Positions 47,128-56,407 of a stretch of 59,182 bases of DNA are shown here, one piece after another. The notes below the pieces were generated by a model, which was given only the letters and a program-made list of their open reading frames with translations, was not told the DNA's origin and made no database searches. The first letter of the stretch is position 1. Each line of letters starts with the position of its first letter. This stretch comes from Candidatus Magasanikbacteria bacterium RIFOXYD1_FULL_40_23 (GTDB lineage: Bacteria; Patescibacteriota; Patescibacteriia; Magasanikbacterales; GWA2-37-8), in the NCBI GenBank assembly GCA_001783215.1, contig MFRA01000002.1, forward strand, positions 1-59,182. Direction: 5' to 3'. A program made the position numbers and the translations under genes.

Positions 47128-48405
47128 CTATTTTTTATTTATTTTTTGTTCCGGCAAAACTACCTCTACAGAGCCAAATACACCATCATACCCTGGCTTA
47201 ACCTTTACCTTGCCGGATCTCATACTTGCTATAGCTACAGCGATATTTTTATCACTTACAGCACTTTCAATTTCTTTTATTTCTCTGTGGAGCAAAACAG
47301 AAAATTCGTTTCCTAATTTTTTAATTATCGCTTCGTATTCTTTAACCACTTTTTTACTAGATACCCCCACACCAAATACTTTGGCAATAATTTCTTTAAG
47401 CGGCACAATATATTTGTGAGGTATAAATTTTTCTTTTATATTTTTTCTTCCTTTGCCCGTCGAAGCTTTAGCGAAGTCGGGTTTTCTATCTGCTAAATCC
47501 TCTACTCTATGTAACACACCCACGGTTACATTTTTTTTACACTTAGGACAAATTAATTTTTTGGCTTTAGATTCTATCGGCGATAAACATACGCCACAAA
47601 CTGCATGACCGTCATAGTGGTATTTACCTTCTTCCGGATAAAATTCAATTGTATATAAAAACTTTTTCTTATCACCGCTCTTTATCACTTCTATAATCTC
47701 ATTATAAGTAAAATTATCGCTCAACTTTAAAACATTAGCTTCTCTACCTAAATTATTTAAACTGTGCGCATCGGAATTAGAGACCAGAGTAATATTATCT
47801 AACGCAGACAAACGATGGTTCATGGTTGGATCGCTAGATAAACCTGTCTCTATTGCCCTAATATGCGAAGTTAATTCTTCAAAACACTCTTCCAATGAAT
47901 TGTACCCAGACTTGGAACCAAAAACTGCAAACCACGGAGTCCACGCATGAGCCGGAATCATCATAAATCTTGGGTCTATGTCTAAGATTATCCGCAAAAC
48001 ATCTTTGGCAGAAAGCCCCATAATTGGACGGCCATCGGAACGTATATTTACCCCTTTACTCTCCAAAATGGCATTGAACTTTTCTACTGCCTCTATACTA
48101 GGAGCCAAAATAAGCAAATGCACACGCCGAGTAATACCTTTATGTTTGTATATACAAGAAATCTCTGTACCTAAAATAAAACGGGTAACACTACTGTCGT
48201 CTTTTAGTTTAAAAACTCCTTGAGCGCTCTCGCTCAAATTCTCTTTAATATGCCTAATCCAAGCTGGATGAGTAAAATCACCCGTTACTACAATGTCTAT
48301 ACCCTTTTGTTCGCAGGCCTTGGCAATTTTAGGCAAATCCAAATCTGGCGAACAAGCACGCGAATAACGGGAATGAATATGCAAATCAACAATTTTTTCA
48401 GGCAT
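47128..48405 (-). CDS. Endonuclease Q family (PHP-domain) protein
   Basis: DLHIHSRYS, GDFTHP, HAWTPWF, SNSDAHS, GKYH.DGH..C, CPKC, PGYDG; likely start MPEK at 48405. Confidence 0.88.
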   Translation of the reverse strand: MPEKIVDLHIHSRYSRACSPDLDLPKIAKACEQKGIDIVVTGDFTHPAWIRHIKENLSESAQGVFKLKDDSSVTRFILGTEISCIYKHKGITRRVHLLILAPSIEAVEKFNAILESKGVNIRSDGRPIMGLSAKDVLRIILDIDPRFMMIPAHAWTPWFAVFGSKSGYNSLEECFEELTSHIRAIETGLSSDPTMNHRLSALDNITLVSNSDAHSLNNLGREANVLKLSDNFTYNEIIEVIKSGDKKKFLYTIEFYPEEGKYHYDGHAVCGVCLSPIESKAKKLICPKCKKNVTVGVLHRVEDLADRKPDFAKASTGKGRKNIKEKFIPHKYIVPLKEIIAKVFGVGVSSKKVVKEYEAIIKKLGNEFSVLLHREIKEIESAVSDKNIAVAIASMRSGKVKVKPGYDGVFGSVEVVLPEQKINKK

Positions 48406-48418
48406 ACTGAAAGTTGTA

Positions 48419-49090
48419 TTACTGGGTGTAATATTTTGCCCACTCCTTTGGAGCAGCAACTTCTATTGTCTTTCTTTCTTGACCAGTGGCCAAATTAAAA
48501 CTAAGAGACGTGGCCGCAAGCGCAATAGCCTGATCTGGCAACTTCTCTGTGCTGCCGTACTTGGCATCCCCCAAAATAGACCCGCCTACAAATGCCAACT
48601 GAGACCGAATTTGGTGCGACCGACCTGTACCAAGCCTAATTTTGAGCAATGAATATTTATTATTTGATTCTACAACTTCGTAAAACAGCTCAGCTTGTTG
48701 GCTTCCAGCCACCTGATGATCATAAACGGTAGTTTTATTTTTATTTTCATCTTTTACGAGCCAGTGCACCAACCTATCTTTGTCTCTGCTTGGCCTACCC
48801 ACAACCACTGCATGGTAAATTTTTTCTACTGTATGTTCGCGCCACTGCTCCGATAGCCGACTAGCTCCTTTGGTCGTTTTAGCAAAAAGCACAATTCCTT
48901 GTACATTCCTATCTAGTCGGTGAATAAGGCCTAAAAAAACATTACCTGGTTTATTATATTTATCTTTCAAATATTCTTTTACTTCATCCATCAAGCATCT
49001 ATCGCCGCTCTTGTCTCCCTGCACCAAAACTCCGGCCGGTTTGTATACAGCTACTAAATGATTGTCCTCATAGAGAACTTTAAGTGACAT
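48419..49090 (-). CDS. RluA-family pseudouridine synthase
   Basis: LYED..KPAG, HRLD, TGRSHQIR. Confidence 0.92.
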   Translation of the reverse strand: MSLKVLYEDNHLVAVYKPAGVLVQGDKSGDRCLMDEVKEYLKDKYNKPGNVFLGLIHRLDRNVQGIVLFAKTTKGASRLSEQWREHTVEKIYHAVVVGRPSRDKDRLVHWLVKDENKNKTTVYDHQVAGSQQAELFYEVVESNNKYSLLKIRLGTGRSHQIRSQLAFVGGSILGDAKYGSTEKLPDQAIALAATSLSFNLATGQERKTIEVAAPKEWAKYYTQ

Positions 49091-49111
49091 AAAAAATTAT
49101 TATCTATAAGG

Positions 49112-49999
49112 CTACAAGCTCCAACGAGCAAAAATTCCCGCCGGTAGAAGACGTTCACTGTTTTTCTCGGCAATAGTTAATTCTCCAATTTCAATTTCAC
49201 CACCAAATTGTTTCATCAGATCTCCCAAACTATTTCGATAAGCTACAGCCGAATACCCAGAAGCATATCCATTGATAATAAAAAACAACGGCTTATCACT
49301 TAATATTTGTTTGCAAGATTCTAGCAATGGCAACAAATCTTGTTCGATTTTCCAAACTTCTCCTTCGGCGCCATGGCCAAAGGCCGGCGGATCCATAATA
49401 ATGCCTTCGTATTTTTTACCGCGCTTAATTTCTCTAGCCACAAATTTTTGTGCATCATCCAAAATCCAACGTACGGGTTTCTCTGATAAACCAGATAGTT
49501 CAGCATTTTCTCTAGCCCAACCAATGGCCACTTTGGATCCATCTACATGCACTACTTCGGCTCCAGCTTGAGCAGCAGCAAGCGTAGCACCGCCGGTATA
49601 ACCAAAAAGATTTAAAACCTTAACAGGTTCTACCCTCTTGGCTTTGGTAATTTTTTCTCTAATCCAATCCCAATTCCCGGCTTGCTCCGGAAATACTCCA
49701 GTGTGCTTAAATGCCGAAAGTTTAATCCAAAATTTAAGGCCGCCCAACTCTATTGGCCAACGCTCTGGTAGCTGTTCGCGCACACTCCAATTAGCATCAA
49801 AACTGGCGCGCTTAAAGTAAGCATCACCCTTGTCCCATTCTGATTCGGATAAATTTTTATTCCAAAGAGCCTGGGGATCAGGTCTGGCTACCACCACGTC
49901 TCCATAACGCTCTAACTTTTCTCCATTACCACTATCAAGCAACTCGTAATCTTTGCCTACGGGTGTTGTCAAAATTTTATATTCCGGCATATTTTTCAA
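49112..49999 (-). CDS. SAM-dependent methyltransferase (RlmI/COG1092-like)
   Basis: KHTGVFPEQ, VLNLFGYTGG, IIMDPPAF. Confidence 0.88.
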   Translation of the reverse strand: MKNMPEYKILTTPVGKDYELLDSGNGEKLERYGDVVVARPDPQALWNKNLSESEWDKGDAYFKRASFDANWSVREQLPERWPIELGGLKFWIKLSAFKHTGVFPEQAGNWDWIREKITKAKRVEPVKVLNLFGYTGGATLAAAQAGAEVVHVDGSKVAIGWARENAELSGLSEKPVRWILDDAQKFVAREIKRGKKYEGIIMDPPAFGHGAEGEVWKIEQDLLPLLESCKQILSDKPLFFIINGYASGYSAVAYRNSLGDLMKQFGGEIEIGELTIAEKNSERLLPAGIFARWSL

Positions 50000-50330
50000 T
50001 TAAATCCATTCTAAATTCTACTCCATGTTTTTTAAAACCAAACTTCTCATACCAAGCACATACTATCTCTTTTGAACTTCTGGTATTGGCAATTAATTTA
50101 TAACAGCCTATTTTTTTGGCTTCTTCAATGGCCGCTTGCACCACCTGCTTACCCACACCTTTGCCTCTTTGTTTTTCATCTACAAACACATCCTCTAGCA
50201 ATCCAAACGGTTCTTTGTGTAAGTTATTATATAACACATATAACCAAACTCGACCAATTTCTTTATCTTCTTCTACTACCGTAATTCTTATACCATAACT
50301 ATCGTTCTTTATCTCTCTTTTGACTTGCAT
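49977..50330 (-). CDS. GNAT acetyltransferase
   Basis: LEDVFVD..QRGKGVG, WYEKFGF. Confidence 0.88.
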   Translation of the reverse strand: MQVKREIKNDSYGIRITVVEEDKEIGRVWLYVLYNNLHKEPFGLLEDVFVDEKQRGKGVGKQVVQAAIEEAKKIGCYKLIANTRSSKEIVCAWYEKFGFKKHGVEFRMDLIEKYAGI

Positions 50331-50339
50331 ACTTACCTA

Positions 50340-51119
50340 TTATATTTTATACCTTGATAAAATTTGAATAATTTTTTTGATAATTTCATCTGGCTTGCCC
50401 GAAACAATTGCTTTTTCTATTTCTTGCTTTGCTCCCACCAGATATTGAATACTCTTATCAATTTCTTCGGCAGGTCGCCACGGACCATCCTCAATTTTTA
50501 AAGGTCCAGATTTCTGAGCTAACAACCTATTAATTGAAGCGGTCAACTCTTTGCCATTGCCAAAAAAGCCTGGCTTATGATTTTTTAATTCATTTTGAAT
50601 AAGTAATAGTATATTTTTTAATTCTGATTCTAAAAGTGCTTTGTCAGCGCGCTCTTTTAACAGAGCTTGTTTTTCGGCTTGAATCTGCGCTGGGTCTTTC
50701 CACGACTCTAAACCATTTAGCACTGGATGTTCTTGCACCAACCGCTTTGCATGCTCTACAAATCTTTCTATATTTTCAAAAATATTTTTGTCTTCATTAC
50801 CCGTCGCACCTGCGTGTGTTTTAGAAAAATTTTCCGGAGGCGTAATCCTACCTAAAAAAACTTTAAGCGGCTTGGCCACAACTGTATCCCAGGCCTTTTT
50901 ATCGGCCACTGTTAGCTCATTTGTTTTTTCAAAAACCTGATCAGCCAATTCTAACAGTTTGGCCAGCTCTTCATTGGCCATTTCTAGATTATCTTCATTA
51001 GACAAGTCTGCCAACTGATATTTATCTAACTTTGTGATTATCTGGAATCCTTCCCCCACTAGCGGACTTACAACTTCTTTTTCTTCTGGATTACCAGACC
51101 CGCTTTCACGACTAACCAT
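50340..51119 (-). CDS. Hypothetical helical protein
   Basis: Charged ~260-aa ORF within the minus-strand operon; start uncertain (51119 or 51125). Confidence 0.6.
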   Translation of the reverse strand: MVSRESGSGNPEEKEVVSPLVGEGFQIITKLDKYQLADLSNEDNLEMANEELAKLLELADQVFEKTNELTVADKKAWDTVVAKPLKVFLGRITPPENFSKTHAGATGNEDKNIFENIERFVEHAKRLVQEHPVLNGLESWKDPAQIQAEKQALLKERADKALLESELKNILLLIQNELKNHKPGFFGNGKELTASINRLLAQKSGPLKIEDGPWRPAEEIDKSIQYLVGAKQEIEKAIVSGKPDEIIKKIIQILSRYKI

Positions 51120-52069
51120 ATGCATTTTTTTAGAGTAAGACCTAATTTTTTTACATTTAAACCCCCACCAACTGCTTCCAAATCTAAACTCTTAATTTTT
51201 TTATTCTTCAAATTTTCTTTATCAAAATGGAAAACTCCCCACTTCTTAGATTTATAAAAATCTTTCTGTGCTTTGTGTAATTTGTGATTATTATAAATTA
51301 CCAAATCAATCGGCCTTGGTAAATACTTTTCCAACTGAGATACCATTTCGCTTAATTTTTCTGGCCCAGTTTCTCCGTCTACGCGATACGCATTGCCAGC
51401 CACATATATTATTTTGGCTCTGGATTTGGCAATGGCCTTTTTAACGCCACTAGGAAGGAGCGCCGCAACCAAGCTGGTATATAAGCTACCTGGGCTTAAA
51501 ATAATAGTATCGGCTTGCTCCAAGGCTTTGACTGCCTTTGGGTACACTCTAGCATTTGGCTCCAGCCAAACTTTTTTTATCTTCCAACCTCTATTATACA
51601 CTGGGTTATCTATGAAAGCTTCTGTTTTTATTACCTTGCCATTTTCCAATTCGGCTACCAAATTTATATTTTCCAAAGTAACTGGATAAACACGTCCTTT
51701 GGCTTCTACACTATGCGACATAGCTTCTATGGCATGAATAAAATTACCAGTAAATTGGCTAGTTAGAGTTAAAAATAAATTTCCTAAATTATGAGTATCT
51801 AACTTACCCAAACCGCTGAACCTTGGCTGATAAAAAATTTTACGCAAAGATTGATAGTCATATTTTGAAAGAGACAAAACTGCGCGCATAATATCTCCGG
51901 GTGGCAATGTATTAAATTCTTTGCGAAGTTTGCCAGAAGACCCACCAGAGTCACTCATAGAAATAACTGCGGAGATATCAAAAATATTGGTATAGGTTTT
52001 TAACCCTTCCAAACAAACGGCTGAGCCATTGCCCCCACCAATGACTACTACATTTTTTTTATGAGCCAT
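51068..52069 (-). CDS. YvcK/GlmR (UPF0052) family protein
   Basis: VVIGGGNG, DSGGSSG.LR, PPGDI, HNLGNL, PGSLYTSL. Confidence 0.92.
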   Translation of the reverse strand: MAHKKNVVVIGGGNGSAVCLEGLKTYTNIFDISAVISMSDSGGSSGKLRKEFNTLPPGDIMRAVLSLSKYDYQSLRKIFYQPRFSGLGKLDTHNLGNLFLTLTSQFTGNFIHAIEAMSHSVEAKGRVYPVTLENINLVAELENGKVIKTEAFIDNPVYNRGWKIKKVWLEPNARVYPKAVKALEQADTIILSPGSLYTSLVAALLPSGVKKAIAKSRAKIIYVAGNAYRVDGETGPEKLSEMVSQLEKYLPRPIDLVIYNNHKLHKAQKDFYKSKKWGVFHFDKENLKNKKIKSLDLEAVGGGLNVKKLGLTLKKCIWLVVKAGLVIQKKKKL

Positions 52070-52730
52070 ACTTAATGCCTAAAAAATCATAAATCTCTTT
52101 GTCTTCTAGTGATTTTACAATCAAATCTGCAGCTGAATAGTCGCCAATAGACCAACGGTCGTCATGCCTTACCACACATTTCATTCCCGCTCTCTTGGCA
52201 GCGGAGAGTCCATTTTCCGAATCTTCTACTACCACGCAGTCTTCTGGTGCCACTCCCAACACTTCGGCTGCATACAGAAATACTGCCGGATCTGGCTTAC
52301 CTGCATAATTTACGTGATCAGTAGAAGCTAACGTATCAAAATAATTCTGCCAACCAAACCTGTTTACAATAGTTTCTATTCTATTCAAACTAGCACCAGA
52401 AGCCACCGCTGTTTTTTTATTATCCTGAATTTTGATTTGCTTTAACAAATCTGTCGCACCAATTAGCGGAAGGGCGTGTACTTTGTATACGTCTTCACTG
52501 GTAAGAAGTTTATGTTCCAAAATTTCTTCTACAGAATGGGGCAAGTTGTATAAATCCTTAAAAATCTGTGAAGATTCTAATAAACTTTTTCCATCTACCA
52601 GTTTTACATGCTCCCGCACATACGGCACATTAAATTTTTCTATAAATTTTTGATACGCAGTTAACCAATGCAAGCTGGTATCCACCAGCGTGCCATCCAT
52701 ATCAAAAAGTATTGCTTTAAAATTACTCAT
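52059..52730 (-). CDS. HAD-superfamily phosphatase (beta-PGM-like)
   Basis: FDMDGTL, GKPDP, VEDSENG. Confidence 0.9.
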   Translation of the reverse strand: MSNFKAILFDMDGTLVDTSLHWLTAYQKFIEKFNVPYVREHVKLVDGKSLLESSQIFKDLYNLPHSVEEILEHKLLTSEDVYKVHALPLIGATDLLKQIKIQDNKKTAVASGASLNRIETIVNRFGWQNYFDTLASTDHVNYAGKPDPAVFLYAAEVLGVAPEDCVVVEDSENGLSAAKRAGMKCVVRHDDRWSIGDYSAADLIVKSLEDKEIYDFLGIKYGS

Positions 52731-52738
52731 ACATTATA

Positions 52739-54595
52739 TTATTCAACCGTTACTGATTTAGCCAGATTTCTAGGCCTGTCTACATCGCGCCCCAGAGCTA
52801 CCGCTGTATGGTAGGCAAAAAGCTGTAACGGCAGGGTGTTGAGCAAGGGTTCCAAAACTTCCATAGTTGGTGGCACAAATATCACATCTTGGGCCAGCTC
52901 AGCTGCTCCCAAATCGCCTTCGGTAGCTACCAAAATTATTGGCGCTTTGCGAGCTTTTACTTCTTCTATATTGCTGCGCATCTTATCGTATAATTGGTTT
53001 TTTGTCATGATGGCAAACACTGGAAACATTGGCGAAAGCAAAGCGATTGGACCATGCTTCATCTCTCCGCCAGCTACTGCTTCGCTATGAATATAAGTGA
53101 TTTCTTTTAACTTCAGCGAACCTTCTAGGGCTACGGGAAAATTAACTCCTCTCCCCAAAAATAAAAAGTTCGGATTATTTTTGTATTTATTGGCCAACTC
53201 TTTTATCTTTTCATTTTGTGCCAAAACTAATTTCATTTTTTCTGGAATTTCGGCTAGTGCAGCGAGCAATCTTTGGCCGGTCGCCACGCTTAATTTATTT
53301 AAGCGACCAAATTGCAATGCATACAAAAGCAAAATTGCAGTCATGTTGGTAAAGGCTTTGGTAGAAGCCACAGCGAGCTCGGGACCAGCGTGAATATATG
53401 TTCCACCATCTGTCTCTCTGGCAATTGTGGAACCAACCACGTTTACTATTCCACGCACAAACGCGCCTTTTCTTTTGGCTTCTTTAATTGCAGCCAAAGT
53501 ATCGGCCGTTTCTCCAGATTGAGAAATACCAAACACCAATGTCTGGTTATCTATGATCGGATCACGATAACGAAACTCACTAGCCACATCTACCTCTACC
53601 GGAATACCAGCTAATCGTTCAAACATATATTTTCCCGCCATAGCGGCATACGAAGCTGTGCCACAAGCAATGAGAATAACTCTTTTTATACTACGCATTT
53701 CGGCATCTGTCATATTGAGCCCTGCCAAATGCGCAGTACCTTCTTCTGTTTTATACCTACCACGAATTGCATCTTGCAGCACAGTAGGCTGATCAAAAAT
53801 TTCTTTCAACATAAAATGATCGAACCCCTGCTTTTGTGCACTAGCTTCATCCCACTCTATCTGACTAGTCTGCTTAGTTATATTTTGATCTTTCAAATTT
53901 ACAATATGCAAATTTTCTCTACTAACCTCGGCCACTTCACCATCTTCTAGAAAAATAACTTTTTTAGTATAAGCAAGCATCGGCGTGGCATCACTAGCAA
54001 CAAAATATTCTTGTTCGCCCAACCCAATGACAAGCGGGCTGCCCAAACGAGCAGACACAAGCAAGCTTGGATGATCACCGTGCATAACTACCAAACCGTA
54101 GGTACCGCACACTTGTGCCAATGCTTCTAGCACAGCTTTGCGCAAATCTCCACGGTAATAAAACTCAATTAGGTGCGCCAAAACTTCGGAATCTGTTTCC
54201 GATTTATATATATGACTTGAACCCAGTTTTTCTTTTAACTCACGATAATTTTCTATGATGCCGTTGTGAGCCAAAATAATTTTGCCCGAGCAATCTGAAT
54301 GCGGATGAGCATTGCTTTCGGTAACTCCGCCATGAGTAGCCCATCTGGTATGCGCAATACCAAATGTACTATCAAAACTTTGACCTTTTAGCTTTTCTGA
54401 AAGGTTGTCTATCTTACCAACCGCTCTCACACACTGAATGCTGGCTTCTGGATTTCTACTTTCTGTACTCTGACTTCTATTTTCTATTAAAGCTACCCCA
54501 GCACTGTCGTAGCCACGGTACTCCAAACGACGCAAGCCATTTACAAGAATTGGCAAGGCCTGTTTGGAACCAATATAAGCAACAATACCACACAT
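52739..54595 (-). CDS. glmS: Glutamine-fructose-6-phosphate transaminase
   Basis: MCGI, RGYDSAG, HTRWATHG, SQSGETADT, PRNLAKSVTVE. Confidence 0.98.
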   Translation of the reverse strand: MCGIVAYIGSKQALPILVNGLRRLEYRGYDSAGVALIENRSQSTESRNPEASIQCVRAVGKIDNLSEKLKGQSFDSTFGIAHTRWATHGGVTESNAHPHSDCSGKIILAHNGIIENYRELKEKLGSSHIYKSETDSEVLAHLIEFYYRGDLRKAVLEALAQVCGTYGLVVMHGDHPSLLVSARLGSPLVIGLGEQEYFVASDATPMLAYTKKVIFLEDGEVAEVSRENLHIVNLKDQNITKQTSQIEWDEASAQKQGFDHFMLKEIFDQPTVLQDAIRGRYKTEEGTAHLAGLNMTDAEMRSIKRVILIACGTASYAAMAGKYMFERLAGIPVEVDVASEFRYRDPIIDNQTLVFGISQSGETADTLAAIKEAKRKGAFVRGIVNVVGSTIARETDGGTYIHAGPELAVASTKAFTNMTAILLLYALQFGRLNKLSVATGQRLLAALAEIPEKMKLVLAQNEKIKELANKYKNNPNFLFLGRGVNFPVALEGSLKLKEITYIHSEAVAGGEMKHGPIALLSPMFPVFAIMTKNQLYDKMRSNIEEVKARKAPIILVATEGDLGAAELAQDVIFVPPTMEVLEPLLNTLPLQLFAYHTAVALGRDVDRPRNLAKSVTVE

Positions 54596-54600
54596 ACAAT

Positions 54601-55005
54601 TTATCTATATGGTTTTTCTTCTTTTCTTGCTTCATTTATAATATTATTGGCTTCCTCCACCAACACTGCTAAATCATCTATATTTTTACCGTTTTCATCT
54701 TTCAAAAATTCACTTACCCAAACATTTATTTTATCTACCAAAATATCCATTGCTTCAATTTTTTCTTTATATTCCAACGGCACGGGCAAATGATACTTAT
54801 CACTAAATTTTAACACTAAATAGCCATTTTTATTTTTAGCAAATTTTACGCAATAATCTTTGAAGGTTTGGATATCAAGCACCCCACTCTTTAAAGACTG
54901 CAATGACAAATCCAGTCCACCAAATTCATTAATATAGTCATTATTAAATAAATACTTTATTTTTTCTAAACTAGACAACTCTACTCTATCTTTAGATTCT
55001 GACAT
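54601..55005 (-). CDS. Hypothetical protein
   Basis: 134-aa ORF tightly packed in the operon. Confidence 0.6.
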   Translation of the reverse strand: MSESKDRVELSSLEKIKYLFNNDYINEFGGLDLSLQSLKSGVLDIQTFKDYCVKFAKNKNGYLVLKFSDKYHLPVPLEYKEKIEAMDILVDKINVWVSEFLKDENGKNIDDLAVLVEEANNIINEARKEEKPYR

Positions 55006-55014
55006 AAATAAAAA

Positions 55015-55770
55015 TTAAATACTATTTTTTCTTTTATTTGCTTCCTCTAATTCTGCCGGCGTATTTACCCCAAACCACTCTTTGTTGTCCTTTAGTTTTA
55101 CCACCTGGGTTTTTAAAGATGCATTTATAGCCATTGCTAGCGCCGTAGGCAAACCATACTCCCCTAATTTACGTAGTGGTGGCATAGACGGAAACATACC
55201 CTCAAACCATTTTCTATCAAAACAAAAAGTTCCGGTGCTAATTTCTTTTAATTTTGCCTGCTCTTCGGTTAGGTATTCTTTTTCAATTATTTCTACTCTG
55301 CCATCTGCGTGCCGTACCATTCTTCCCAAACTAACCGGACTATCTATTTCGGCAGACAATACGGAAATCACCGCTTTATTTTCCAAATGCCTTTCAATAA
55401 AATCTGAAATTGTTTGCGCAGAATAAAACGCACTATCGTCGCCGTTTACAACCAAAACTGTACTTATATTTTCTGGAAGCTGCTTCATTCCGGTAAAGGC
55501 GGCGTGGGCAGTGCCTTTTAGTTCTTCTTGCACCACATAACTAACTCTATCTCCAAAATATTCGGTAATTTTTTCTTTATAAAATCCAACAACCATCACA
55601 ATTTGCGCCGGCGAAAAACCTATATTTTCCAACGTAGCCACAAAATAACTGGCAATCGGACGACTACCGATCTCGCACATAACTTTGGGTTTATCTACAC
55701 AATTTAGGCGGGTGCCTTTACCAGCGGCAAGGATTACCACTCCAACATTATTTAATTTGCTGCTCAACAT
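55015..55770 (-). CDS. Sugar-phosphate nucleotidyltransferase (GlmU N-terminal domain only)
   Basis: ILAAGKGTR, PK, Q.ELKGTAHA, NGD, GVNT..EL; no left-handed beta-helix domain. Confidence 0.85.
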   Translation of the reverse strand: MLSSKLNNVGVVILAAGKGTRLNCVDKPKVMCEIGSRPIASYFVATLENIGFSPAQIVMVVGFYKEKITEYFGDRVSYVVQEELKGTAHAAFTGMKQLPENISTVLVVNGDDSAFYSAQTISDFIERHLENKAVISVLSAEIDSPVSLGRMVRHADGRVEIIEKEYLTEEQAKLKEISTGTFCFDRKWFEGMFPSMPPLRKLGEYGLPTALAMAINASLKTQVVKLKDNKEWFGVNTPAELEEANKRKNSI

Positions 55771-56386
55771 ATTGTTTAATTTCGCTTAAAGTTTTAAAGT
55801 ATGGCGCGCCTACTTGCTTGGCTTCTTCCTCGGAGTAGCGTGAGGTGTTTAGCTTTGTTACTACTAGCGCAGCCGGCACCTCTTGCTTTACCGACAAATT
55901 TTCTCGCAAATTGTCATTTATAAAAAATATTTTGTTATTATTATAATTATCCCCCAGATATTTTTCTTTGTTCCCGCTTAGTATTACCAACTCATCAAAC
56001 CTGTCCGAGATCCCACTATCGCGAATCTTGTTTAGTTGAAATGTTTTGTCGCCGGCAGAAAGTAAAACTACTTTATCGGAAACACTTTTTAAAAACTGCA
56101 AAAACATTTCTGTGTCTGGAAAAAGATAATTCTTGGAAAACAGAGCATTTAATTCTGCCTCCACGGTATCTGGCAGATTATAACCCAAGTCACGCAAAAA
56201 TTGCGTATGCTCTTCGAATGTATAGTCGTACTGGTGCGGCGCTACTGTACAAAGAGATTTAAGAAATGTTTCTTTTATATCTTTTTCATTGGCGCCATGT
56301 TTGGCAAAAATACCAAAGATATCCGCCTTAAACGCAACTGTGTTATAAACCGTATCGTCCCAATCTACAAAAGTGTGGCTAAACAT
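55748..56386 (-). CDS. HAD-like hydrolase
   Basis: VDWDDTVY, LSAG, FQLNKI, FINDN. Confidence 0.75.
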   Translation of the reverse strand: MFSHTFVDWDDTVYNTVAFKADIFGIFAKHGANEKDIKETFLKSLCTVAPHQYDYTFEEHTQFLRDLGYNLPDTVEAELNALFSKNYLFPDTEMFLQFLKSVSDKVVLLSAGDKTFQLNKIRDSGISDRFDELVILSGNKEKYLGDNYNNNKIFFINDNLRENLSVKQEVPAALVVTKLNTSRYSEEEAKQVGAPYFKTLSEIKQYVEQQIK

Positions 56387-56407
56387 AATATCACCCTTTA
56401 AATTAAG

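Noticed and set aside
51068-51131. Programmed frameshift or pseudogene at the yvcK 3' overlap
   Set aside because: The YvcK domain appears complete; the ~50-nt overlap is explained by stop-codon drift or a homopolymer error and cannot be resolved from sequence alone
54596-54700. glmS ribozyme
   Set aside because: Only 5 nt separate glmS from the upstream CDS; no room or motif
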